From positions 13,064 to 77,063 of the forward strand of contig JBBIRU010000020.1 in the NCBI GenBank assembly GCA_037441645.1: a DNA stretch of 64,000 nucleotides. Reading direction: 5' to 3'. Positions within the stretch are counted from its first letter, which is position 1. Every line of letters begins with the position of its first letter. Shown piece after piece: positions 49,277 to 60,900 of the stretch. The DNA is from Bacteroidota bacterium. Its GTDB lineage: Bacteria; Bacteroidota; Bacteroidia; Bacteroidales; GWA2-32-17. A program made the position numbers and the translations under genes. The notes beneath the pieces are model-generated. The model had not been told where the DNA came from, did no database searches, and saw nothing but the letters and a program-made list of their open reading frames with translations.

Positions 49277-51217
49277 TCAGAAATCATAAAACATAGCATA
49301 TATATAAGGGTTTCCGTGTTCGAACTTAACTGCAAAATTGTCCAGAAATAAAGGTTTTTTGCTTTTATTCCATACATATGTATGCATTGTAACAGTATCG
49401 TTTTCGAGTTTCACATCTGTAAGCCGGATAACCATTCTTATTTTTCTCCATGAGTTTTTTTCAAACGGAAATTCTTTTACAGAAACTCCCTGCCAGGAAA
49501 GTACCGAATCTTTTGAATTTTGTAATGTAAAAACAAGTGTGGCTTCTGAATCTTCTGAAAGAACATCGGCTGAAATATGAATCAGGTCGTGGCGGTCGCA
49601 GTTCAATTCCCGGAGAGTAGATTTAAAATCGGGCCCCCATTCTTCATTATCATTAAATTGGTAGCAGGTATTATTCGTATCATCCGGGTTTTTACAGATA
49701 TTAGCAGTATTGTATTTCCAATAGAAAGCCGGCCTGTCAAATGTGCTGGTAAAATCTTTATAAAATTGTGAGTGGTCGTTCCCGATTTTTTTTGAGAACA
49801 CATACCACTCAAAACCCGAACCGAAAGCCTTTTTTACGAAATAAGGAAAGACCTCCTGTACCATATCGAAATAATGCAGGGGCATAACTCCCGCATGAGC
49901 AATAGCCAGGTAATCTGTTTTTAGTCTTTTTACATAAGATTCAAATTGTTTATTGTTAAATTTATCGAAAACATAAAGATTACAGGGAATTTTATGATCG
50001 TATTTAAATGAATAATATTGAAGAAATATGGGTTCATAACCATTTATTATTAAAGCAACAGGTTGTTTAACAGAATCGAGTAAGGCTATCTGATTTTTTG
50101 CAATCGCACCATAACCCTGGTTATAAAAAAAACGGTAATACTGACGGCTAAAAATAAGAGTCGGAATGGTAAAACAGACTAAGGCTATTACCAGCAAAGC
50201 ATTAATTCTGGGCTTTAAAGCAGGAAAAAATGAAAAAGCAGAAATAAACAGAAAAGGAACGGAAAAAATGAGAACTGAAAATTGTAAAACAGGTTTATCA
50301 TAAATAGAATATAAATATCCTGTTAAAAGTGGCAAGACAAACCAGGCTATTCCTATAATTATTAAACTTTTTCTTAAAGAATTAGCTTGATATTTAAAAT
50401 GAAAATAAATCCCTGTAATGATTAATAAAATAAAAAAAGCAATCAAAAACAGGGAATAATGAAAAATAAATCCAAAATAATCTGAGAAAAAGGAAATATC
50501 CGGTACTGGCAACCAGTTAAGGCCTCCAAGAGACAGTTGATGAAGAGTAATTTTTAAATGGGGTAAAAACAAAATCGCTGCAAGCACATTGAATAATAAA
50601 TATTTCAGCATTTGCTGACGGGAAATAAAAAGCAATCCTGAAACAGCAACCAGCATGGCAGAAAAAAGAGAAAAATAATGATCGTAGGCACACAATGCTG
50701 CGGAAACAGAAAATCCAATCCAATGAATAAGATTATTTTTCTTTTCTAAAACCGTATTTGTCCAGAAATAAACAAATAGCAGAACAAAACATAAACCTGT
50801 AGCATAGGGTCGTGCAATCTGGCTGTACATAATGGTAAACTGTATGGTTGCCATAAAAGCAGCCGACAAAATTCCTGTAGTTTCGCTAAACCATTTTTTG
50901 CCAATCGTAAAAACCAGCCACACCGAAATCAATCCGCACAACAGGAAAGGTAATTTGACTATATATTCAGAATAGCTGAAAATCCTTACCCAGTAATACA
51001 AAAACACCTGAATTAAGGCCGGATGCCCGTCATTTAAAATTCCTTTTTCAATTAATTCCGGAAAAGAATCGTAAGTTGTTCTGTTAAGTGCGCTTAATTC
51101 ATCAAAGGTGTAAGGTATTTCAAAAAAATTATAAAACCTTAAAAAAACGGCCAGAATAAGGATAAAAAAAACAACCAAATTGTTTTCTTTAATAAGTGAT
51201 GACAAATCAACCCTCAT
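49277..51217 (-). CDS. Glycosyltransferase family 39 / GT-C membrane protein
   Basis: FDE and DGHP motifs, YSQIARPY, many TM segments. Confidence 0.85.
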   Translation of the reverse strand: MRVDLSSLIKENNLVVFFILILAVFLRFYNFFEIPYTFDELSALNRTTYDSFPELIEKGILNDGHPALIQVFLYYWVRIFSYSEYIVKLPFLLCGLISVWLVFTIGKKWFSETTGILSAAFMATIQFTIMYSQIARPYATGLCFVLLFVYFWTNTVLEKKNNLIHWIGFSVSAALCAYDHYFSLFSAMLVAVSGLLFISRQQMLKYLLFNVLAAILFLPHLKITLHQLSLGGLNWLPVPDISFFSDYFGFIFHYSLFLIAFFILLIITGIYFHFKYQANSLRKSLIIIGIAWFVLPLLTGYLYSIYDKPVLQFSVLIFSVPFLFISAFSFFPALKPRINALLVIALVCFTIPTLIFSRQYYRFFYNQGYGAIAKNQIALLDSVKQPVALIINGYEPIFLQYYSFKYDHKIPCNLYVFDKFNNKQFESYVKRLKTDYLAIAHAGVMPLHYFDMVQEVFPYFVKKAFGSGFEWYVFSKKIGNDHSQFYKDFTSTFDRPAFYWKYNTANICKNPDDTNNTCYQFNDNEEWGPDFKSTLRELNCDRHDLIHISADVLSEDSEATLVFTLQNSKDSVLSWQGVSVKEFPFEKNSWRKIRMVIRLTDVKLENDTVTMHTYVWNKSKKPLFLDNFAVKFEHGNPYIYAMFYDF

Positions 51218-51301
51218 TTTGATAAAATTTTATAATGCCTAAAGTTGAGCAATTTTTTAAAATAGGCAAAATTCCGTTTATTTTGCTAAAAAATATTTTC
51301 G

Positions 51302-51790
51302 ATGAATGGCCAGCCCGAATTATATGAACTACTTAAAAAATTAAAAATTCCGTTTACCTATTACGAACATCCTCCGGCGCCGACTATCGAAATCGCCATA
51401 CAATACTGGAAAGACATTGAAGCATTGCACTGCAAGAATCTTTTTTTCAGAAATCACAAAGGGAACAGCCATTACCTGGTGGTATTTGAACATACAAAAA
51501 ACCTTGATATTCATAGCCTTGAAAAAGTACTAAAACAGGGAAAATTAACTTTTGGTTCAGAACAGAGAATGATGAAATACCTGGGATTAAAACCGGGTTC
51601 TGTTTCTCCTTTGGGTCTGATTAACGATAAACTTCACGAAGTACATCTTTTTATTGACGAATCCTTAAAAAATTGTAAAACCATAAGTTTTCATCCCAAT
51701 ATAAATACTGCCTCAATAGTTTTAAACTATACCGACTTTATAAGATTGGTAGAATATTTTGGCAATAAAATTGATTACATCAGTGTATAA
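51302..51790 (+). CDS. YbaK/ProX-family aminoacyl-tRNA editing domain protein
   Basis: EHPP, CKNLFFR, PGSVSPLGLIND, FHPNINTAS. Confidence 0.9.
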   Translation: MNGQPELYELLKKLKIPFTYYEHPPAPTIEIAIQYWKDIEALHCKNLFFRNHKGNSHYLVVFEHTKNLDIHSLEKVLKQGKLTFGSEQRMMKYLGLKPGSVSPLGLINDKLHEVHLFIDESLKNCKTISFHPNINTASIVLNYTDFIRLVEYFGNKIDYISV

Positions 51791-51868
51791 TCTAAAGCAA
51801 CTATCTTTAAATTTTACGTCTTACTTAATACAAATTTTACCCTTTAATTACTTTTTATGTATATTTGA

Positions 51869-52858
51869 ATGATGATTAAACGGTTCAATATATTTTTAAT
51901 ATTTCTTTTTCTATTTCTTTTACCCAAAAGCAAAATAGATGCGCAACCCATTCCTTCAGCCGAAGAAAACATCCCCTATCTTGTAACTTTTGGAGGTAAC
52001 AGTGAACAAAAATGGGGCGATGATGATTTTTGTGAAGTTTTTTTCGTTACCATTCCCACTAACCAGATAAACCCGATTTATATCCGTATTTATGATCCCG
52101 ATTGCGGAGGCGAATTGGATGAGCCCAAGGGCAATTTTGATACTAAAACAATCTTCTCCGTATATGGAGGTAAAGGATGCTTTTCCGATACAGCCAATCA
52201 GAAAACAAATCCTGTTGGAAATTATAAAAGCGGAAATCTTTTAGCAACAAAAACTTTTGCCGAGAATCCCAAATATGATAAAAACTGGTACACCTTTGGC
52301 CCGTTTAATCCTACAGAAGGCGAATTAGACCAGCGTTTCGGAGGATATGTTTTTAAAATCATTGCACAAGGAATTTCAGGTGATGACGGTAACCTTTACA
52401 AATACTTTATAAGCACCATGCCCGATGAAAACAAAGAAGTGGAGGGCAGCAACGCTTTCACTTACGAATATACCTTCAGGATGCATGATAATGTAAATAA
52501 CATTTCTCATATATATCCATACGTTGACGACCAGGCGATTAAAGTAAAAATTTCAAATTTCGACTGGGATAATGATGGTCTTATCAGGATTATTTCTGTT
52601 GCCAAAAACGGCATCCTGGTTAAAGTTTCAAACGAAGGAAACTGGGAAAACAGCGAATTTCCCGTTTTAGCCGAAGAAAAAAACACCTCACTTGATATTC
52701 AGTTTATAAAAAATAAAAGCGCTGCCATTAAGAACAATAATGTTGTAATATATGTTACAAACCAATATGGCCAGCTCTTGAAATTCTTTGTAAGTCCGAT
52801 TGGCGGAATTCCTAAATTTAAAGGAAAAGTTGTTGCAACCCAAATTAAAAAGAAATAA
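51869..52858 (+). CDS. Secreted hypothetical protein
   Basis: Signal peptide; ENIPYLVTFG...WGDDD; TAATG overlap with the next gene. Confidence 0.8.
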   Translation: MMIKRFNIFLIFLFLFLLPKSKIDAQPIPSAEENIPYLVTFGGNSEQKWGDDDFCEVFFVTIPTNQINPIYIRIYDPDCGGELDEPKGNFDTKTIFSVYGGKGCFSDTANQKTNPVGNYKSGNLLATKTFAENPKYDKNWYTFGPFNPTEGELDQRFGGYVFKIIAQGISGDDGNLYKYFISTMPDENKEVEGSNAFTYEYTFRMHDNVNNISHIYPYVDDQAIKVKISNFDWDNDGLIRIISVAKNGILVKVSNEGNWENSEFPVLAEEKNTSLDIQFIKNKSAAIKNNNVVIYVTNQYGQLLKFFVSPIGGIPKFKGKVVATQIKKK

Positions 52859-55800
52859 TGCAAAAAGGTCTTTTCCTTTCATTTTTCATTTTTATATCTT
52901 TTGTCGTAAATGCGCAGACATACCGTTTTAAAGTTTTTGATGCGGAAAAAGACGGCCTGTATCCATACATTTATTCTTTACACCAGGATTCGGTAGGGTT
53001 TTTATGGATAGGAACAGGTGAAGGCCTTTTTCGATATGACGGACATAACTTTAACAGCTTTGATCTTTCTTTGCTTAGTAAGGACAATTTTATTTCCTCA
53101 AGTGCTACAGACGGGAAAGGCAGGAGTTGGTTTGGCCATAACAATGGAGATATAATTTATTTTGACGGAAAAAATTACCAGAAAGATACTCTTCCTGTAT
53201 CGGATCCCGGTGCTATTACATCAATGAATATAATGCGCGATGGCACGCTTTGGGTTACGGCTTTAAATGCCGGTATCTGTAAAATATCTCCCGGCGGTAA
53301 AAAACAATTGTATCCAAAAGCTTTCACCGGGATTCAGACATATTGCTCATTACCATCCGGAAAATCTATCCTGGTTGGAACCGGCGACGGCCTGTTTCTT
53401 TTCGACCCTGCAAAACCCGATATATTAACCGAAGTAAAAGGAGGTCCCCTTTCAAAAGTTGAATGTATTTATTTCTCCAAACAATTAAACCAGTTCTTTT
53501 TTGGAACAGAGGATGCCGGTATTTTCAGTTTATCAAATCCCGGCCTGAAAATTAAAGAATTGTTTCCCGAATTTAAGCTTTCCCAGGCACCTGTAAAGGA
53601 TATTGTTATTGATAACAACAAAGGATTATGGATAGCAACCATGGGCAGTGGTTTGTATCATTTTTCTCTATTGCAGAACAGTACAAATACGGTTGACTAT
53701 GTAAATTATACTCCTGAAAACGGGCTTCCCAGTAAAAACATCAGAAAACTTTTAATTGATAATGAGGGTAATTTATGGATGGGCACTTATGGTAACGGTC
53801 TCATTACTTTCCTGGAAAATTATTTCACTTTTCTATTCCAGGGCGAAGACCAGGAAGAATCTTTTTCTTCAGTTTTTCCATATAAAAATAATATTTGGAT
53901 AGGCGGAAAAGGAAAGCTAATCTGTTATAATGATATCATTCAAAAAGAAAAGCTGATTTTTGACAGCAGAAACGGAATCCCTAATGATAAAGTCACTGCC
54001 CTTTATTTCGATAACGAAGAACAACTCTGGTTAGGAACAGAAAAGAACGGTATTTATATATTTAATCAGAAAACAAAAAAAGCTGTACCCGTTTTTATTT
54101 CCGAAGATCAGCTTGTGAAATCCATCAGCTCCATTGACGGTTTTGGCGATCATATTTACATTGGCACCCATAATGGCCTTGTTATCATCGATAAAACAAA
54201 TAACACACATTTAAAACTTACCACGGCAGACGGCCTTCCCCATAACTTTGTTACATGTCTTGTTACAGATGTTAATTCTAATTTATGGATAGCCACACCA
54301 ACCAATTCACTGTGTAAATATCAAAATAATAAGATTGAAAAAATAAAAATAAATAAAAATGACGACCTTATAAAAGTCAATTCAATTGGTTTTGATACAA
54401 GAGGAAGGTTATGGATTGCAACATATGGAAATGGGATTTATTACAAATCAGATACCGGGTTTATAAATATTAATTCACAGAACGGTATATTATCTGATTA
54501 TTGTTATAGTATTGTGTCTGATGAAACGGGAACTGTATGGGTAGGGCATCGTCAGGGTTTTAGCGCTATCAATAACAACAATATTAAAATTTATGGGAAA
54601 AACAGGGGAATTGTTGCGGATTGTAATCTGAATGCCATAAGCGTTGATGCAAGCGGCATTATGTGGGTAGGAACAACAAATGGAATATTACGATATGACT
54701 TCAGAAAAAATTCGATAAACGAAACACCACCGGGCATTTATATCACTAATGTCCGTTTTAATGACCGTGATTTTGATCCGGATTCTCTACTTAATTTACC
54801 CTACAAAACATATAAAGTTAAAATTGATTTTGCTGGAATAACGTTTCGCGACCCGGAACTAATAAAATATCGCTATAAGCTGGAAGGGGTCGAAAATGAA
54901 TGGTCCGAAACAACCTCCAATGCCTTCGCATCATATTCAGCTCTTTTAGATGGGAATTACACCTTCTTAATTGAAGCATATAATGCCGACGGAATTAAAT
55001 CAAAAGAGCCCTACAGGCTTGAGTTTAGTATTAATGCCCCTATATGGAAAAAATGGTGGTTTATTTTGTTATGTGTTATTATTTTTACCTATAGTTTTTA
55101 CCTGTTTATTAAAATAAGAGAAAGAAACCACAGAAAACGCGAAGAAATTCTTCAGAGAACATTAGACATACGAACCCGCGAAGTGGTTGAACAAAAGGAA
55201 CTCATCGAACAAAAAAACAAAGACATTACAGACAGTATTAATTATGCAAAAAGAATACAGGAGGCCATTTTACCTTCCCCGTCTAAATTACAAGCTGTTT
55301 TTCCCGATTCTTTTGTTTTTTATATGCCCAGAGATATTGTCAGTGGCGACTTTTATGTATTCCACCAAACCCTCGACAAGTTTGTTTTAATTTGTGCCGA
55401 TGCCACCGGACATGGTGTTCCTGGCGCATTTATGTCACTCATCAGTTCTACTATTTTAAAAGATATCATACAAAAGAAAAATGTTTTTTCTCCTTCACAG
55501 GTCTTATACGAACTGGATAAGGAATTGCAATTAGCTCTTCAATCGGAAGGAAACACACATACAAGCGATGGTCTTGATGTTGCTATTTGTGTATTTGACC
55601 TTAAAACCAGAAACCTGAATTTTGCCTCTGCAATGCGCCCTGTTGTACTTTATAAAAAAAATACCGTGGAATACATCAGGGGAAGTAAATTCTCTATCGG
55701 AGCCTCAAAACATATCATTAAAAAAGAATTTACCGAGCATGTATTTACGCTTGAAAAAGGAGATTGCATTTATTTGTTTTCCGATGGTTTCCCCGATCAG

Positions 55801-55974
55801 TTCGGAGGTGCTAACGGGAAAAAACTTAAAATAAATGAAATGAGAAAATGGCTGGATGAAATTCATTTTTTGCCTATGGATAAGCAAAGTACTGTATTAA
55901 AACAAAAATTTAACAGTTGGAAGGGCAACTATCCGCAAATCGATGACGTCTTGCTCATCGGAATTAAATGCTAA
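52858..55974 (+). CDS. Beta-propeller / Y_Y_Y sensor fused to SpoIIE (PP2C) phosphatase
   Basis: Repeated GxLWIGT propeller units; YRYKLEG; TM; SINYAKRIQ, VSGDFY, ADATGHGVPGA, DGLD, SDGFPDQFGG, QIDD. Confidence 0.93.
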   Translation: MQKGLFLSFFIFISFVVNAQTYRFKVFDAEKDGLYPYIYSLHQDSVGFLWIGTGEGLFRYDGHNFNSFDLSLLSKDNFISSSATDGKGRSWFGHNNGDIIYFDGKNYQKDTLPVSDPGAITSMNIMRDGTLWVTALNAGICKISPGGKKQLYPKAFTGIQTYCSLPSGKSILVGTGDGLFLFDPAKPDILTEVKGGPLSKVECIYFSKQLNQFFFGTEDAGIFSLSNPGLKIKELFPEFKLSQAPVKDIVIDNNKGLWIATMGSGLYHFSLLQNSTNTVDYVNYTPENGLPSKNIRKLLIDNEGNLWMGTYGNGLITFLENYFTFLFQGEDQEESFSSVFPYKNNIWIGGKGKLICYNDIIQKEKLIFDSRNGIPNDKVTALYFDNEEQLWLGTEKNGIYIFNQKTKKAVPVFISEDQLVKSISSIDGFGDHIYIGTHNGLVIIDKTNNTHLKLTTADGLPHNFVTCLVTDVNSNLWIATPTNSLCKYQNNKIEKIKINKNDDLIKVNSIGFDTRGRLWIATYGNGIYYKSDTGFININSQNGILSDYCYSIVSDETGTVWVGHRQGFSAINNNNIKIYGKNRGIVADCNLNAISVDASGIMWVGTTNGILRYDFRKNSINETPPGIYITNVRFNDRDFDPDSLLNLPYKTYKVKIDFAGITFRDPELIKYRYKLEGVENEWSETTSNAFASYSALLDGNYTFLIEAYNADGIKSKEPYRLEFSINAPIWKKWWFILLCVIIFTYSFYLFIKIRERNHRKREEILQRTLDIRTREVVEQKELIEQKNKDITDSINYAKRIQEAILPSPSKLQAVFPDSFVFYMPRDIVSGDFYVFHQTLDKFVLICADATGHGVPGAFMSLISSTILKDIIQKKNVFSPSQVLYELDKELQLALQSEGNTHTSDGLDVAICVFDLKTRNLNFASAMRPVVLYKKNTVEYIRGSKFSIGASKHIIKKEFTEHVFTLEKGDCIYLFSDGFPDQFGGANGKKLKINEMRKWLDEIHFLPMDKQSTVLKQKFNSWKGNYPQIDDVLLIGIKC

Positions 55975-56143
55975 ACGATAATTTCCGGTACAGTTTTAGC
56001 TTGTTTGCAGCACAAATTAACCAGAAATTTATCCCGTTAATTTTTGTTAAAGCAAGTGAAAGTTTTTTAAACAATTAGGAATGGGAACTATTTATGTTTA
56101 GTTTTGTTTAACAAAAAAATTAAAGTCTTAAAACAGAAAAATT

Positions 56144-57265
56144 ATGAAAAGGATTTCATTTTCGTTTATTTTACTAAGTTTTTTACTTACAGTAAATCTA
56201 ACAAATGCCCAGACAAAGGATCCGAAAATCACTTTTACAGAAGAATCTTATGATTTTGGTACCATTGCTGAAGAAAAAGGACCCGTAACAAAGGAATTCT
56301 CTTTTACCAATACCGGGGGAGCACCATTAATTCTTCAAAATGTTAAAGCATCGTGCGGATGTACCACTCCCGAGTGGACCAAAGATCCTGTTCTGCCCGG
56401 CAAAAAAGGTGTTGTAAAAGCTACCTATAACCCTCAAAACCGTCCGGGCCAGTTTAATAAATCCATTACCGTAACATCGAATGCAGAAAACAATACAGTA
56501 ATTCTTACCATAAAAGGAACTGTAACGCCAAAACCCCGTACTATGGAAGATGATTACCCAATGCAAATGGGTGGATTACGGTTAAAATCAAATCACATTG
56601 CTTTTATTAAAGTATTTACTACGGAAGTTAAAACAGACAGCTTACAAATCATTAATACTTCTGCCGAACCTGTTAAAATGACTTTTGAAAATGTACCTGA
56701 ACATATTAAAATAAAAGCCGTTCCCGAAACCATTAAACCTAATGAAAAAGGAATAATTATAGCAACTTACGACGGAAGTAAACAAAAAGACTGGGGATTT
56801 ATTATGGACAGGGTTGATTTTATTTTAAACGGAAAATTCGACGCTAACAATCGTATTTCTGTCAGCGCTACAATCGACGAAGACTTTTCAAAATTAACTC
56901 CCGAACAAAAAGCTAACGCACCTAAAGCTAATTTTGAATCCAAAGAATTTAATTTTAACACCATTAAAGAAGGTCAAACAGCTGATTTCGACTTTAAATT
57001 AACAAATGATGGAAAATCTGACCTTCTTATCAGAAAAGTAAAAGCTTCCTGTGGTTGTACAGCTGCTTCTCCTGCCGAAACTGTAATTAAGCCCGGAAAA
57101 TCAACCGTTATTAAAACCTCATTCAACTCTGCCGGCAAACCGGGTAAACAAAACAAAACTGTTACCGTAATTACAAATGATCCCGATAACAGTACTATAA
57201 CCCTCCGCATTTCCGGCGAAGTTGAAAAAGTTGAACAAACGACTAACCCTCCTCAGAAGAATTAA
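56144..57265 (+). CDS. DUF1573 domain protein
   Basis: Two F.N.G...ASCGCT Ig-like modules. Confidence 0.9.
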   Translation: MKRISFSFILLSFLLTVNLTNAQTKDPKITFTEESYDFGTIAEEKGPVTKEFSFTNTGGAPLILQNVKASCGCTTPEWTKDPVLPGKKGVVKATYNPQNRPGQFNKSITVTSNAENNTVILTIKGTVTPKPRTMEDDYPMQMGGLRLKSNHIAFIKVFTTEVKTDSLQIINTSAEPVKMTFENVPEHIKIKAVPETIKPNEKGIIIATYDGSKQKDWGFIMDRVDFILNGKFDANNRISVSATIDEDFSKLTPEQKANAPKANFESKEFNFNTIKEGQTADFDFKLTNDGKSDLLIRKVKASCGCTAASPAETVIKPGKSTVIKTSFNSAGKPGKQNKTVTVITNDPDNSTITLRISGEVEKVEQTTNPPQKN

Positions 57266-57287
57266 CGTAATCTTTTTATAATTACAG

Positions 57288-57321
57288 ATAAAACCTTCCT
57301 CTGGGAAGGTTTTATTTTTTT
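57288..57321 (+). terminator. Intrinsic terminator
   Basis: ATAAAACCTTCC-TCTG-GGAAGGTTTTAT followed by a T tract. Confidence 0.85.
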
Positions 57322-57465
57322 ATCCTTTTCTTTACTTTTTTAAATAAATATAACCTTACCACTATCTATAATATGGCAACCTTTGTCAAATTCTTTCGTC
57401 TTTTGATTAAATTTTAGTTTATTTTATTAAAATATATTGTAGTTTAGCTTATTAATTATTTTTCT

Positions 57466-57924
57466 ATGAAAAAATCAATTGTTTATTTCATTTTGTTACT
57501 CGGTTTTTTATTATTTGGAAATTCATTATTTTCTCAGAATAACAGTGAAGAATTCTCTTCCTGGAAACTTTATAAAGAAATTTCCGGGCTTCAGATTTTT
57601 TCTAAAGAAATCGGATGTCATGATAATCAAAATGGCATTCATGAACAATATATTGTTTTTCAATTTGTAAACTCTACCTCTGAAACAATATCTGTTTCCT
57701 GGCAAAAAGAACTCTGGTATAACGAAAAATGCACCACCTGTGATAAACCCTCAAACACTGAAAACACTTTTCAGCTTGTTCTTGCACCTGGTGAAACTTA
57801 TGAAGGAAATTGCGACAAATCATCCTCGCCCGGTTTAAAAATATTCTCGCATTTTTTAAATACAGTAAAAGGAAGTAAACTCACAAAGTTTGAGTTTAAA
57901 AATATGGAAGTTACATTTAAATAA
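57466..57924 (+). CDS. Secreted hypothetical protein
   Basis: Signal peptide; four Cys; co-oriented with the adhesin gene. Confidence 0.75.
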   Translation: MKKSIVYFILLLGFLLFGNSLFSQNNSEEFSSWKLYKEISGLQIFSKEIGCHDNQNGIHEQYIVFQFVNSTSETISVSWQKELWYNEKCTTCDKPSNTENTFQLVLAPGETYEGNCDKSSSPGLKIFSHFLNTVKGSKLTKFEFKNMEVTFK

Positions 57925-57936
57925 ACCGTTACAAGC

Positions 57937-60900
57937 ATGAAAAACCATTTGCTAAAATATATATTATTACCAGGGCTCATAATCTTTTCTTTGATTCCGT
58001 TTAATTCCCTTGCACAATGCAATATAAATATCGATACTGCATACTACAATGGGGTTGGCTTCGCCGGTCCCGATACTATAAAAATCTGCGAAGGCGATGG
58101 CGTTTCTTTCATTTCCAACGGCGGTTGCCCTACCTACATGATGAATAATGATTTTAACAGTGGATCAATTGGTACCGGATGGCAATCAAACGCTTCACCC
58201 ATGTTAAACAATCCATGCGGCGCTGGTATTGATGGTTCAACATACTGTTGGATCGGCCCGGCTTCTTCTTTTCCCAGAGAACTGGTAACAATAGGTTATA
58301 ATGTAACCACATCGTGCCAGATTTGTTTTGATATGATGTATGCCAGCCAGGCTAACAGCACACCCTGTGAAGGACCTGACGAACCTACAGAAGGAGTTCA
58401 TTTGCAATACTCTACAGTTGGAGCAACAGGCCCCTGGTTAGATATAAATTACTGGGATCCGTTAGGCGGATACGATCCGACCTTAACTTCATGGAATAAT
58501 TACTGTGAAAACGTACCTGTAAATGGAATGGTTTGGTTTCGCTGGTATCAGACAAATACTTCCGGTAATGATTTTGATCATTGGGGCCTTGACAATGTTC
58601 AGATTTTTTGTCCGCCTCCCAGCCAGACTGTCACCTGGTCCGACGGAACATCAACTATTTCAACCAATTTCAACACGCCAGTTCAGTATCCGACAACTAA
58701 CACAAATTATACGGTTACTGTTTCGGATGGAACCTTGTCAGCTACCGACCAGGTTTATGTAGATGTACATCCGACACCCACATTAACCATTTCCGGGCTT
58801 AATCCCACATACTGTGTTAATGCAGCCCCTGTAGTGCTTACCGGTAGCCCTGTCCCGGGTGTTTTCTCCGGGCCGGGAATTACAGGAACCACATTTACAC
58901 CTGCTACAGCAGGAGTCGGAACACACACAATAACATATCACAATTATTACATCACATCAAACACTACAACCGGGCCGCAAACCGTCTGGTCCGACGACTT
59001 CAGTATAGACAAAGGATGGACAGGTTATGGTGCGGGCGGATGGACAAGAGGCTCTGCAATTGCCAGCTCCGGTTGTTCAGGAAACCAGGATCCGTCTACC
59101 GATCATACTCCATCTGCAGATAATTTCATTATAGGAAACTACCTGGGATCTTGTTACCCAAATAGTATGGCAGCCACTTATTGGCTAACCTCGCCGGTTA
59201 TCAACTGTGCAAATATGAATACCTGTCAGATTGAATTCTGGAGTTTCAGCGGTTGCGAATCCCCCAGTTGGGACCATATGTATATCGATGTATCTTCCAA
59301 TAACGGAGCCTCCTGGACAAATGTTTATTCCAATGCTGCATCTGTTTCAGAATCTGCCTGGACATTAAGAAACTATACCACTCCACAGGCAAATAACTGC
59401 GCCACTTTTAAAGTCAGAATAGGGATGGGTGTTACAGACGGTTCCGTAACTTATAGCGGCTGGAACATTGATGATTTTACCGTAAAGTGTACCGGCACAT
59501 TGACAGTTGTAGATACTTTATGTGATTTTACTATTGATCAAAATGTTACTGTTTTCAATCAGCCGAGTTCAGCTTTTTCAATCATCGATTCAATCTGTTT
59601 GAATTCTACCAGTACTTTTACCTACCAGGGAACATCACCGGCAACAGCAGCCTACAACTGGAATTTTGACGGAGGTAATATTATTTCCGGAAGCGGACAG
59701 GGGCCTTATGTTGTAGAATATACAACAGCCGGTACTCATAACATTTCACTTTCAGTAACCGATGGCGGCTGTACTTCTTCACCTACTGTTATACCTTTGA
59801 CGGTATTACCTATGGGCGATCCCAATTGTTGTATTTTACCAAGTACCAATGCAGGGCCCGACGGAACAACCTGTTTATTAACCTATAATATGCAAGCCAT
59901 TCCAAGCCTGGGAACAGGTACCTGGACCCAGTTTGCCGGACCTGGTACAAGTATATTTTCAAATGCCAATTCTCCCACATCAACCGTTACCGTTTCTGTC
60001 GCAGGAACTTACACATTTCAGTGGCTTGAAAACAATGGTGCAGGCTGTACCGGCTCAGATCAGGTGGATGTAACTTTTATCGCACAACCTGTTGCAAATG
60101 CCGGACCTGATGATCAGGCCTGTTCACTTACTTATACTATGGCTGCCGCACCGAGTGTTGGAACAGGTACCTGGACAATGGTTTCAGGACCCGGAACGGC
60201 AACCTTTACCAATAACAGTTCTGCAACATCGTCTGTCAGTGTATCACTACAGGGCACATACGTATTCAGCTGGACCGAAGACAATAATGGCTGTTTAAAC
60301 ACTGACAATGTTACCGTAAATTTTGCAGTTCAACCGGTAGCCCAGGCTGGCGCCGATAACTCTGTGTGCCTGCTGAGTTACCAGCTTCAGGCAATTCCAA
60401 GTGTCGGAACCGGAACATGGACATCCACCGGGCCGGGAACAGCGACATTTGTAAATGCCAATAACCCTACAACAAATGTTACCGTTACTACCGGGGGAAT
60501 TTACACTTTTACATGGACAGAAAATAATGGATTAGGGTGCATCAGCAGTGATGGTGTAAACATTACATTCACTCAACAACCTGTAGCAAATGCAGGACCC
60601 GATATTTCAGTATGCCAGCTTGGAACTACGCTTCAGGGTGTAGCTTCGGTTGGTACCGGAACCTGGACACAGGTTACCGGACCGGGAACAATTTCTTTTA
60701 CTGACGCTAATTCTGCCGCAACTGCCATTACAGGTTCTGTTCAGGGAACATATACTTTGCAATGGGCAGAAAACAACGGAAACGGATGTACCAGTAATGA
60801 TCAGATGACGGTTGTGTTAACCCAGCAACCTGTTGCAAACGCGGGAACTGATGGCGCCATTTGCAGCCTTACCTATACAATGACAGCCACACCTTCTGCC

